Source: Eledone cirrhosa
Lineage: Eukaryota
DNA length: 64,000 nucleotides
Direction of reading: 5' to 3'
NCBI GenBank assembly: GCA_964016885.1
Contig: OZ024743.1
Location: 318,308,001 to 318,372,000 of the forward strand
Positions 13,608 through 25,751 of the stretch are shown here, in pieces; within the stretch, counting starts at the first letter, position 1; each line of letters opens with the position of its first letter. Made by a program: the position numbers and the translations under genes. The notes under the pieces were generated by a model. It searched no databases. It had not been told where the DNA came from and saw nothing but the letters and a program-made list of their open reading frames with translations.

Positions 13608-14764
13608 GTAAGTTTGTACTCTTATTATCACAAATTACTGTATATACTCAACATAAGCCGAGGAATATGTGACCAAAAAATCGATGGTTGGCTTATATTC
13701 GGCATCAATATTTTGGAGTATTGGTAGAGCATCAGACAACATGCTTTATGACAAAGAGCTACTCCCCTTTACGACCTGAGTTCAAATCCTGCTGAGATTA
13801 ATTTTGCCTTTCATCCGTACCAGTAATGCACCGAGGTCGATTTAATTGACTCCCCTCCCCAAAAATTGTTGGCCTTGTGCCTAAATCAGAAACCATTATT
13901 TTGATGATTTTCACCAACTTCAAATTCTATGTAAATAAAGTTTGGATTTTGGCCCATTTCACAGACATAAAATAGTGGGATTGGCTTATAATCAAGTATA
14001 TATGGTATGTATTTTCCAAAGCTACCTACTGCTAAAGCTGGGAAAATGATCTTAAAACACTTGGTGTTGTATTGTTATAAAGACAGAAAGCAATTTACAA
14101 GTAAGCTGGTTTAGTGATGAGAATGGAAGGAATTAACCCTTTAGCATTTAAACCGGCTGTATCTGGCCAGAATTCTCTCACCTCTTTCTGTTCAAACTGG
14201 CCGTAACTGGTCACTCATACTTATGTTAAGGTATTGTTCTCAAAATAAATAATATCAAAATCTCATAAATATTATGTGAAATAAAGTGTTTACTGTGAAA
14301 ATACTATAGAGTAATGTAAATGTTAAAGGGTTAAAGTGGAAGTATCAGTAGAGTGTCAGACAACATGCTTTGTGGCATAAAATTACTTCCCTTTATGTTT
14401 TGAGTTTGAATCCTGTTGAGGTCAACTTTGCCTTTCATTCTTTCATGGTTGATAAAATAAAGTACCAGTCAAGTACTGGGGTTTATATAATTGACTTTGA
14501 GAACATAAAGTAGAGTGTTTCCTACTACTTGCACAACCGAAATTCTTGAGGCTGGCTGACTGTTTTTCTTTCTTAAAATGGAAGTTGACCCAAGAAAAAT
14601 TTAAACTTAAAGCTTTGGTCAATGGAATTAAACATTCTGAGTTCAAATCCCGCCGAGGTTAACTTTGCCTTTCATCCTTACGGGGTCGATAAAATAAAGT
14701 ACCAGTAATGTACTGGGTAGTTGCTGGCCTTGTGCCTAAAGTAGAAACAATTATTAACCATTTA

Positions 14765-14960
14765 TGAGGGTCGGCTGAAACGTCCGTAGGCTGACCAAGG
14801 AAATCTCATAGAATAACCAAATGAGGTTTATTTTTCAACAGTCCCTGGAATGAAACAAATAAGTTATTAATACAAAGAGTTGAAATTAATGCATGCAAGA
14901 TTTCACAGCCTAAGCATAACTCCTTCATAGTCAGCCTATGAACTTTTCAGCCGATCGCCA
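14765..14960. mobile_element. mariner-type MITE
   Basis: TA|tgagggtcggctgaaacgtccgtaggctgac ... gtcagcctatgaacttttcagccgatcgcca|TA: ~30-bp imperfect TIRs and TA flanks. Confidence 0.7.
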
Positions 14961-15373
14961 TAATTGATTGCTCTACCATTTCAACTATTCATTCAATCCA
15001 CTTCATGAGATACATGAGGGAGCAGATGGGAAGTAGACCTGGCTTTGGTGAGAAACTGGTCAATTTAGATCAACCAAATGCATTTGACAGAAGATACCAT
15101 TGCTATCTTGAGGCTGTCCTAAAAGCAGCTGAATTTTAGCTCCATTTTCAGAGGCTGGATCATTCAGAAGATGTCCCCATTCCTTTACTTGATGTAAATT
15201 CCACTCTGTCATTTTTTTTGTCCTTGTATTGTCTCCAATGTCTTGAGTCCTATGGTCAATAAAAGAAACAACCACCACCACTGCTATACTACTACCACTC
15301 CTCCTCCTCCCACCATTACTACTACTACTACTACTAACACCATCACTACTACTACTGCTACTACTATCATCAG

Positions 15374-15464
15374 GTTTGTAGAGCTCCAGGAGAAAATTCC
15401 AGCAACATTGAAGTCTCTGTGGCATTACAAAGCAATACTTCGTAAACTTTCCAAAATTAGGTTT
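15374..15464 (+). CDS. CCDC60: CCDC60-like exon
   Basis: catcag| acceptor, (W)FVELQEKIPATLKSLWHYKAILRKLSKIRF, donor gtaagt. Phase 2 to 0. Confidence 0.75.
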
Positions 15465-15799
15465 GTAAGTATCACATATTTTTATTTCTCTATATTTTGG
15501 AAGAAATATATACTGTGGATAGATAAAAATGAGGAGGCACATGACCTCGTGGTAAGGGTTTTGGACTTATAATCATAATGTTGTAGGTTTGATTCCTGGA
15601 CTGGGTTGTGTGTTGTGTTCTTCATTTCATGTTGCTCCAGTATACTCAAGCAATAACTGGGGATTTAACCCTGTGATAGACTGGTGTGGTGTGCAGAGGG
15701 AAACCAGGATCAGTACTGGCCTGATAAGCCTCCGAGCACATTTTTTCCTGTGGAGTGGGAGGAAAAAGAAGTTTATAGCTCAAAACCAAAAATCCCTGA

Positions 15800-16050
15800 C
15801 TCTTTTGGAGGAATGTAATTGTCATGTACTGACCAACATACTGCCTGAGTTCCTGATGAAGTCAGTCGAAGATACACCCAGACGATTACGAACACTAGTG
15901 GACAATGCTGGTGGCTACATAGAATTTTAACCCTGAACTGTACCTTTACCATTATACAGTTCAAAATAAAACAGGTTTCATGAAAATCGACCAGTAATTA
16001 ATAAAGTTATTAACAAGTTTAAATAGTTATTTCCTTTCCACACAGCCATC
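15800..16050 (+). mobile_element. Tc1/mariner transposase 3' fragment
   Basis: ILPEFLMKSVEDTPRRLRTLVDNAGGYIEF* resembles the Tc1/mariner transposase C-terminus. Confidence 0.55.
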
Positions 16051-16108
16051 TCTAGACTGTTATGTTACAATCTAATATGTGTACTCTCTTGTCTCATGTT
16101 ACTTTCAG

Positions 16109-16372
16109 GGGAAATTTGGTGAGAAATTAGGTGCTTATAGTTTCCTGAAAGTCCTCTCAACACTAGAACCCTGGGATATTTGTAGTCCTGACATCAGTGC
16201 TGCTATAGAGTTTTGTCGAGCCAAAATTACTGACATTACAGTTGAAGAATATGAGATTTGGTTCAAACAGCAATTTCCAGCCATTTACCGACCAGAAACA
16301 GCTCCTGCTTCTACCAGCAGGAAATCCAATTCTCACAACACTTACCACAGGACATTGACCTCAAAGACATAA
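16109..16372 (+). CDS. CCDC60: CCDC60-like terminal coding exon
   Basis: actttcag| acceptor. FLKVLSTLEPWDICSPDISAAIEFCRAKITDITVEEYEIWF resembles the CCDC60 C-terminus as I recall it (LKVLQDLRIWELCSPDIAVAIEFVREHII...EDYISWL). TAA at 16370-72, AATAAA at 16440. Confidence 0.8.
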   Translation, partial: GKFGEKLGAYSFLKVLSTLEPWDICSPDISAAIEFCRAKITDITVEEYEIWFKQQFPAIYRPETAPASTSRKSNSHNTYHRTLTSKT

Positions 16373-17112
16373 CATACAATGTTGTTTTGTTGCTCAACAT
16401 AGGATTATTTTGTTTGTAGTAATTATTTAACAAATCTGCAATAAATAATTTGATGGTGGGGGTCATGGAAGAAGTGGCAGATGATACAAAGAAAAGTATC
16501 AAAATCATTTTACTTACTCTATCATCTTTATCTTCTAAATATTCAGTTACACATCGAAACCTATATTTAGTATGTACTATATTATATATTTAGTATGTAC
16601 TCTATCATGTATTTAGTATGTACTCTATCATGTATTTAGTATGTACTATATTATACATTTAGTATGTAATATATCATACATTTAGTATGTACTCTATCAC
16701 ACATTTAGTATGTACTCTATCATACATTTAGTATGTAGCCCATCATATATTTAGTATGTACTCTATCACACATTTAGTATGTACTCTATCATACATTTAG
16801 TATGTAGTCCATCATATATTTAGTATGTACTCTATCACACATTTAGTATGTAGTCCATCATATATTTAGTATGTACTCTATCACACATTTAGTATGTACT
16901 CTATCACACATTTAGTATGTACTCTGTCACACATTTAGAATGTACTCTATCATACATTTAGTATGTAGTCCATCATATATTTAGTATGTACTCTATCATA
17001 CATTTAGTATGGACTCCATCATATATTTAGTATGTACTATATTATACATTTAGTACGTACTCTATCATGTATTTAGTATGAACTCTATCATACATTTAAT
17101 ATGTACTATATT

Positions 17113-17268
17113 CAGTGCCAGCATTACCATTGTGCTTAAGCATAGGGCCCAGTTGGCTGGGTGGGTGGTTTCTTCTTGCCAAAACATTTTTAACCTCCTT
17201 CAGAGCCCAAGTATGAGGCCTCATAACTTAACTAGCACAGGGCCTCATTTGTCCTAAATTCGGCACTG
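17113..17268. mobile_element. Small hAT-like MITE
   Basis: CAGTGCC...GGCACTG termini, inserted in the minisatellite. Confidence 0.55.
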
Positions 17269-17427
17269 ATAATATTGAATATTTACTATGTACTCTATCA
17301 TATATGTAGTATGTACTATATTATATATGTAGTATGTACTATATTTTATATGTAGTATGTACTATATTATATATTTAGTAGTACTATATTATATATTCAG
17401 TATGTACTATATTATATATTCAGTATG

Positions 17428-17803
17428 TGCCCTTTTTGATTTTGACTACCTTTTTGATTTCCATGTGTCTAACACACGTGGGCATGCCCACAAAGTCAGC
17501 AAACAGCACAGTTCCCATGACTTTTGGAAACATTTTTTCACGCTCAGAGTTGCTGAAGCATGGAACAAACTACCTGCATCAGTTGTTAGCTGTCGAGACA
17601 CTGCATCCTTTAAAACTCCGTGCTTCCCGAGATTCGCCAACACTACACCTAATGTTCCCCCTCCATACACATACACACATGTATATCATGACTCATACAC
17701 TATTCACTTCCCTGACATTTGTATATTATTCTATGTACTATACATGCACCTTTGACGAGTTGTAGTGCACCTGAGCACTTTACACAATAATTTCATTATT
17801 ATT
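17428..17803 (+). mobile_element. CR1-clade LINE 3' fragment
   Basis: TRGHAHKVSK...FFTLRVAEAWNKLPASVV...FK is the CR1 ORF2 C-terminal signature. (ATT)n tail. Confidence 0.8.
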
Positions 17804-18959
17804 ATATATATATATTATATATGTAGTATATACTATATTATATATTCAGTAAGTACTATATTATATATTTAGTATGTACTATATTATATATTTAGTATGT
17901 ACTATATTATATATTTAGTATGTACTATATTATATATTTAGTATGTACTACATATAGTCTGTACTATATTATAATATAATTATTTCTAATTTCGACACAA
18001 GGCTAGCAATTATCCCAGTGTATTACTGGTACTTTATTTTATCGACCCCGTAAGGATGAAAGGCAAAGTTAACCTCGGCGGGATTTGAACTCAGAATGGA
18101 AAGGGCCGTAATTCTATGAGTCAAAGCATGACATCTGCCGATACTGCCAATCCGTACTCTATCATATATTTATATGTACTCTATCATATACTTAGTATGT
18201 CCTATATTGTATATTTAGTATGTACTATATCATATACTTAGTATGTATTGTATTGTATATTTAGTATACGCTAAGGACATAATACCTTTTTCTTTTGATA
18301 ATTCAATTTATTTCAGCCATAGGCAGGACAAGCACATGAGTTTTTTTAGTCTCCTACAATATGTGACTTTTTCTTCCACATAAAAGAATTTCAACTTATT
18401 TAGTAAGCTGACAAACTAAATTTTTGACACTTCTTGCTCTGACCACTTTACAATTAGTAAGCCTGCATTTTCTACTACACAGTCCACATTCTCCCATACC
18501 TAATCATGTTATAGGTCATAACACCATATGACTGTTTCCACCACTTGGATATAGCCACAATACTTGCTATGCAATAAAGTTGTTTAGTGATTGCAGGAAA
18601 TTGTTGTACATGTAAGTTAATTATACAAATTTAGTGGTTGGAGAATCAGATTTACAATTGTGAGTTTGATTCCTGAACCAGGTGATGCATTATGTCATTC
18701 ATCAAGACCCTTTATTTCATATTGCCCTTTCTGCCAGTTGTGACCGGTAGATAGTATCAGCAATGGAAAGACCAATGGAAACTTTGTTTCCTCAATCCAA
18801 TTTGACGAGTTCCACCCCACTTGGTAAGCGAATGAGGTCAGATCTTATTGATCGAATCCATAATACAAATTTATACAAAACTGATCCTTTAGGGTTTAGT
18901 AATGCACCTTTCTGAGGTCTGCACCCTACGTAATTCCATAGTTGGCCTTAATGGTAGTA

Positions 18960-19470
18960 CCAGCTAAGGTTTAGTAATGCACCTCAGAACTAATAAAATA
19001 CTGATGGTTATGTTTGGACATCCCATTTGCTGCTTTGTATCTGATGACCAGAGAAGCAGTTTCCCTGCAGGTTCATCATGGCAGGAAACATGACCAGTAA
19101 GAGCCAAGTAACGGGATTGAACTTTCAATGAAACTCGTGGCAGGTCACCGTAAAGAACACTGTTGGTAGTGTGACTTTGCCACAAATATTTGAACATCAC
19201 AAATAACTTGGTATAGAAACCATCAAGTCTCCTTGAGCAGGCGACACTGAAAGTTCAGGATTCTGAACCATATAGTAAGATGGTTCTGACCGTAGCTTTG
19301 AAGACTTTTCACTTCATAGATCTTGGGTTGGAAGCTTTCAAAACTTTCTGTAGTGAATATATTGCACTCCATGATATGACCAATTCTGGTGGTCATATCA
19401 TGCTCAAAGTCAGTGTAACCACCCTGATATTTAAATTCTTGAACCAGTTCGATAGGTGAACCCATTCCAT
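18960..19470 (-). mobile_element. Degenerate LINE (RTE-group) 3' fragment. Related pieces at ~20195-20275 (+) and ~23860-24090 (+).
   Basis: EFKYQG, LYGDLPRVS and LTGHV..HDEPA remnants with frameshifts. Confidence 0.6.
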
Positions 19471-19876
19471 ATCTTTATTTGTGATGTGGGTACACCATCA
19501 TAGTAGAAGTATATTTGTCCCATAAGCCAGAGGTCTGTAGATGGAAAGTATGTGAAATGAGTAAAACCATGAGAGGAGCGACCACCAATAAGATTGCCTG
19601 AGTCAGAAGTCCTTTACTGTAGACAAAAGACATATTAAATAGCATAACCGTAAATAAGGGGCAGTCATGTGACTGTGTGTTCTGTCAGACATACAGGTGT
19701 ATAGAATGTTTCATTAAAATAAAGCACCAGTAATGCACTAGGTAATTGCTGGCCTTGTGCCAAAAGTAGAAACAATTATGTAGTGAGAGGATGACGTGGG
19801 TAGTAATATATATGAAGGAGGGGGATTACATGTTCAATCCTGAGCAAAATGTGTGTTCAGAAAATGTTTTCAATTC

Positions 19877-19945
19877 AGCACATCACAGTGGAAGCATGCT
19901 TGTCCCATAATCCAGAGGATCTGTAGATGGAAAGTATGTTTGCTA
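19877..19945 (+). pseudogene. Degenerate initiator tRNA-Met-like sequence. A more decayed second copy lies at ~19495-19553.
   Basis: agca...cagtggaagcatgcttgtcccataatccagagg...gatggaaa...tgcta aligns by eye with eukaryotic tRNA-iMet (anticodon CAT). The stems are broken. Confidence 0.6.
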
Positions 19946-20984
19946 ATAGGTTTCAACTATAAATCAAAGTAAAGTGAATTTTCAGTAAATTTCTTGAGAT
20001 ACAAAAAATTGTTTTGCAATTTGTTATAATTTCATTAGAACCAATTTTACTTATTAAATAAACTCATTAATCACAACTGTAATTTTCTCGTTATATATAT
20101 ATTTTTATCTTTTTGATGCTTACCAAATTAAATTTGTTTTATTTATGTTTATTCCTTTCTGATACAACAAAATATTAACCAAGCTTATATGAAGTTTCGA
20201 TGATGAACCTACTGGGAAACTGCTTCTCAGGTCACCAGATACAAAGTGCCAAGTAGGACATTCAAACATAACCATTGGAACTCTGTTGGTGAGGGACACT
20301 GGCCTCACTGCATGGGATCTTGCTGCGATGAAAAATTGGGAAGTCTGGAACAAGAACTTTGCGTATGCTTCACTTTCGATGGAGGGGTAACTCAAGAAGA
20401 AAAATGTGAAGTTTCCTTAACAGTTGCATATGCTTCCAGCTTTTTCAGTTGTGTATGTATTTCACATGCATGTATTGTAATTCTTTTAATGCGTGGAACA
20501 ACCAACTCATGAAATTAATGTACAAGTGGTTGAGCATTCCACAGACACGTGTATTTTTAATGTGACATGGTCAGCTCTTTGAATTACAGGTACAACTCAT
20601 TTTTTCATCAGTGGATTGGAGCAATGTTAAAAAAGTGTCTTGCTGAAGAATCGAACCAACAATCCTATGATCTTAAGTTGAACACTCTAACCACACAGCT
20701 TCAGTTTTATGAATGCCTATATATGCAATATCATGAATTACAATAACAATATGAAAAACAAACAAAAAAGATTAAAATTTCAAAGTTATTTAATAAAAAA
20801 TATACAAAATCTAACAATCTTTTCTACAAATTTGCAATAAATAACGAGAGTCAATTAATCGGTAGAGCATCGAACAACATGCTTTGTGTTCAAATCCTGC
20901 CAAGGTTAGCTTTGCTTTTCATCCTTATGGGGGTCGATAAACTAAATTACCAGCAACGCACTGGGGTCAATTGAAACATTTTAT

Positions 20985-21262
20985 TTACAATGTCTTTAAA
21001 AATTGGTTAAACTCAGTTGTGGAAGATTTAGCAACAGTAACACAAAATTCTTTATCACTCTTGGTAACCAAGGCTTTTAACGATATGTAGTTCTCTTTGC
21101 ATGAGTCATATTGGTTTCGTTTAAGGTGTTTCAAATATTGGTGCCGCTCCTTAATTTTGAATAAGCGTGTTTGGAATATCCCTGGCCACTGAACTAATTG
21201 GGCATGATTCAACCCCATTTCAAGATGAAGATATTCAAATTTGGTCCTGAGAAAACGTTTAT
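20985..21262 (-). CDS. MTERF3: MTERF3 terminal coding exon
   Basis: ttcctccag| (N)KRFLRTKF...TRLFKIKERHQYLKHLKRNQYD...NYISL...FNQFLKTL*, the characteristic MTERF3 C-terminus. The five exons total 1410 nt, giving 469 aa plus stop. Confidence 0.92.
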
Positions 21263-22403
21263 CTGGAGGAAAAAATAAATAATAATGGAACGTGATTAAA
21301 TGAAACGAGTATACTTTATGGAACACTCACATCATACATTTTCATACCAAACTGCCTGAAATTGCCCCTCATTTTACAATATAAAATTGATTATTTTAAA
21401 GTCTAACCCATACTAGTGTGGAAGATAGACGTTAAGCGATGATGATTATATTTATCTAAACTCCTTTCATCATAATTTTGTGTGATAACTTTGCTTAATT
21501 ATGTTCCAAACATCAGCTCAATAATGGTTTCTGATTTAGGCACAAGGCCAACAAATTTTGGGGAGGGGAAAGTCGATTAAGTCGAATCCAGTGCATTACT
21601 GGTACTTTATTTTATTGACCTCATAAGGATGAAGGCAAAGCTAACCTTGGTGGGATTTGAAATCAGAACGTAAAGGGACGTAATTATATACACCAGCTTA
21701 ACAATGAGAATGTTAGTTATATTATTAAATCCTTCCAAATGCTTGATTATTTTCAGAATTATTTGAAAATAAAAGGTAGTGTTTTTTTAAAAATTAGAAA
21801 CATGATAATGAAAGAGTTAATTAGTCAAGTTAAAAAACTAAGATAAAATATACAATCATTTTCCTATTCCATAATATTTGTTGTGTATCTGGTTTTAGTA
21901 TGGGTTCACTGTATCCCCACATGTAAGAGCTAATTAAATAGTGGGTTGGCACCATGAACATCCTGGTATAAAACATTGCCTCAAAAAGGTCCCCATTATA
22001 TGAAGCCTGTAATAGGGTCTACAAAGCTAACTCCCACTATCAAGAAAAGTGATTGCAAATTCTTATCTTGTTGGAAATGTTTATGGTCTCTGAATCATTG
22101 TTTTAAGGTCTGCCTTCCCAACTAGCAGGAGTTGGACAGGTCTACATAGACCAAGGATCTGTATCTTGCTTACATAGTCTCACATTCTACCGAGTGCACA
22201 GGGGAGGTTATCATGTCTTTGACACAACTGAAAGGTCCTCCCAACCCTTTGTTTGGCAAGCTTTCTACTGATGGATGCCCTTCCTATCACTAGCCACTTT
22301 TCGGCATATACTAGGCATGTTTATTGCAGATCACCAAAATATAATTAACCCTTTAGCATTTACATCACTCTATATTTACTATTGTATTTTCGCTGTAATG
22401 GCA

Positions 22404-22793
22404 TTCATCATCATCATCATTTTACGTCCGTTTTTCCCTGCTTGCAAGGGTGGGACCAGTGTCCGGTCGGCGGACCTTCTTTTGCTCACATGGGAACTGA
22501 TTCTGGCTTGATTTCTACAGCTGGATGCCCTTCCTAACACCAACCTCATTTACCCGTCCACTTTACAGTGTGGGCCGGGTGCTTTTTTGCTGTGGCACCT
22601 CCATGACCACTTTGCAGTGGAATGATAGGGACCCCGGTCCCTATAATCTCATTTCTACAGTTGAGTAAACTGGAGCAATGTGAAATAAAGTATCTTGCTC
22701 AAGGAAACAACACATCACGCCATCTGAGAATTGAACTCACAACCTTTTGATTGCAAGCCCAATGCTCGAACCACTAAGCCATGTGCCTTCACA
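22404..22793 (-). mobile_element. tRNA-headed SINE with RTE-type 3' tail, nested in a piggyBac MITE
   Basis: A/B-box tRNA head, central ccttgagcaagatactt domain, RTE 3'-UTR-like tail and (GAT)n. Same family as 59957-60283. Confidence 0.8.
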
Positions 22794-23652
22794 TAATATC
22801 GAATCTGAATTTGATATTATTTATTTTGAAAATACCTTAACATCAGTTTGAATGGCCGGTTACAGCTGGTTTGAATAGAAAAAGGTGAGAGAATTCTGGC
22901 TGGATACGGGTGGTTTAAATGCTAAAGGGTTAAGGTATCATATATACAGCCAAATTGTTGTAATTATTTGTGTACATTAGCATTTTGTTTACTTTGCATC
23001 TGTCATGCTCAACACAATAGCTTTGAGGAATAATTTCTTGTTATTTCACTGATTACATACACGCCAAAGATCTATATGATCACACAATTCAAGTTTTAAC
23101 TGTTTTGTTACCATATTTCTAATGAAAGACACCACCTATAATTTTGAAATCCTTTTGAAAATAATCAAAAATTTGTCGGGTTTTATTATTAGTAATACAA
23201 TTTAACTTTCTCTAGTTTAACTGGTGTCTTAAACATAACTTAAAGGTTCATCGTCATCATCACCATTTGTCTATTTTCTAAGGTTACATAAGTTAGACGG
23301 GGGTGACACATGTGAGACAAGTTAGGCCAAGTGACCATGTCTTGCTCATACAGAACTGTTTCTGGTTTGGTTTCCACAGTTGAATGCCTTTCCTAAAACC
23401 AATTACATTACAGTGTGGACAGTACTTTTTCATCGTGGTATTAACATGGCCACCTTACAGGGTGGACTGAGTGCTTTTTGTTGTGTCACTAGCACAACCC
23501 CCTTACAGGTAGCAGGTCTTTTAGATAAATATAAACACTTTAAAAACGAACAGTTATGTATTATAGAACCAGAAGTGGTTTTAAGTGGTTTGGTATCAAA
23601 AGTGTTAAAAATGCAATTATCAAATAACTTCAAATATCTTATTTGTACTTAC

Positions 23653-23743
23653 TGGAAAGGTAGACTTTTGGAACAGACAAAAATATTTTCTGTAGATCTG
23701 AATTTGTAAAACCAAGAAATTCTTTCATTTCAAAATGGACATC
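23653..23743 (-). CDS. MTERF3: MTERF3 coding exon 4
   Basis: ttttgcag| DVHFEMKEFLGFTNSDLQKIFLSVPKVYLS a|gtaagt. Phase 0 to 1. Confidence 0.85.
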
Positions 23744-24765
23744 CTGCAAAATAAAATATAATCAAAAGTTTAAAATTTATGGCAAGTAAAGATTATAACA
23801 GAACAACATTTAGATTTTTAGCTTTCACACCTTCAAGAATTCTGTTACCTCTGTTCTATTGTATGAACTCTTCCCTTAAAACTGGAAAAATTAGATGGAG
23901 CCTACATTCACATGCTAAGAGTGGCTTTGAATGTCACTTGGAGAGATCGTCTGACCAATGAGCAACTGTATGGGAATTTTCGTCTAGTATCAGACATCGT
24001 CAAAGAGTCAAATTTGCAGGGCATTGCTGGATAGTTAAAGATGAGATTGTTAGTGAACTTTTTTGTGGGTCCCTACACAAGGAAGAGCTATCTGGGTGAA
24101 CTGGGTATGTTTTATTATGGCACCAACACTACCGCTTTATTGAATGTACTAAGTGCATTTTATCATGGGACCAGCACAACCACCACTTTACAGAGTGGAT
24201 TAGGTATATTTTACCATGGGACTAGTACTATCACTTTACAGAGTGGACTGGCTGCATTTTATAATGGTACCAGAACTATCACTTCACAGAGTGAATTGCA
24301 GGGGCCTGAAACAAACAGCCTGCAGCAGAATTATTTTAGTGACTAATATTCTCTTGAAAGTTGGTGATTTGTACCAGTTTTAATATCTATAGTATAATAA
24401 TAGTTAAAATATAACCAAGCCCCCACCAGCTCATCTCACTTTTGGCCTGCTGTGCACCCAGTTTACCTGCCAAGGTGGTCGTGACAGTGCTACGATAAAA
24501 AGCACCCAGTTCACATTGAAACGTGGTTGGCCATCCAGCTGTAGAAACAAAACCAAAATATAGATATGTATGAGCAAGACGTGGTCTCTGGACCTGACTG
24601 ATCTTATAACGTGACAACACATCTAACCCATGCAAGCATTGAAAAATAGATAAATGATGATGATGTAGCTCTTCCCCAAGGACATAATGTTTCTTTTGAG
24701 TCCTTTGAGACTCCTGGTGTATTGGATACATTTTATATCATGGTACTAACAGAGTCAATACTTAC

Positions 24766-24833
24766 TTTAATTGCTTTGACATCATATGTAATAAGTTTTG
24801 GAAGTCTGGCTATCACTGCTCGAACTTTGTTAC
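24766..24833 (-). CDS. MTERF3: MTERF3 coding exon 3
   Basis: ttgacag| (G)NKVRAVIARLPKLITYDVKAIK |gtaagt. Phase 1 to 0. Too short for the ORF track. Confidence 0.85.
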
Positions 24834-25585
24834 CTGTCAAAGGAAATGGATCGATAAACAGTAATTACAACGGTGGAAAAAACCCGTAACAGTTTCAGAA
24901 AAAATATCAGGTATTTTTTTTTTTACAGGTTTTAGTCCTTAGAATGTTGTCATGCTGGTGAAACAAGGGTTTCAGAGCCAATTCCTCTGCTAAAGCAGCC
25001 TTGTGGGTTCCTAGCAAACTTCTCAAGTTTGCCCAGTCAATTGCACCTCTTCCCACCAACAAACTCCTGTTTTTTCATTTCCTCCTCCATCATCTTTAAC
25101 CATGTCTTTTTTAGTCCTCCCCTTCTACTTCTTTCTACATTCATTTCCACCACTCTGCTCACCCAGTTACTTTTATCCTTCCTTAACACACATCCCAACC
25201 ATCTCATTCCATTTCTCTTCACAACATTTACTACTGCTTCAATTCTTCTCACTTAACCAATTTCATCCTTCTTCAACCATCTCATCCCATTTTTCTCCAC
25301 AACATTCACCACTCACTCATCCTTATCACATGACCTAATCATCTCATTCCATTTCTCTCCATAATATTCACTACTGCCTTCATTCTTCTCACTCAGTCAC
25401 TTTCATCCTTCCTCAACACATGACCCAACCATCTCATTCCATTTATCTTCACAACATTCATCACTGGCCTTATTTCCTGTCACCCACTCCCAACACATGA
25501 CCCAACCATTTCATTCCATTTTTCTTCACTAAATTAATCAGAAAAGTTAAAAAAAAAAAAAGGAAAACCAAATATCAACAAATAC

Positions 25586-25751
25586 CTGTTAACTTGAAAT
25601 ATTTTTGATAGAATCCAAGTTTACCATCAATAGCAGAAACTGACATCAAAAGAGTTCGAGGGGCACTGGTAATTATGTGCCCAATAGCATCAGTAGTAAA
25701 TTTTTTTGATTGCAGATAACCGATGTTAGATTCAAGGCTGTTTAGATCAAC
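25586..25751 (-). CDS. MTERF3: MTERF3 coding exon 2
   Basis: cacag| VDLNSLESNIGYLQSKKF...IDGKLGFYQKYFKLT g|gtattt. Phase 0 to 1. mTERF repeat. Confidence 0.9.

Larger units (their letters stand above)
16562..18270. repeat. 23-bp minisatellite (tttagtatgtactctatcataca and variants), interrupted by insertions
   Basis: Tandem copies at 16562-17112, 17280-17427, 17805-17970 and 18155-18268. Confidence 0.9.
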
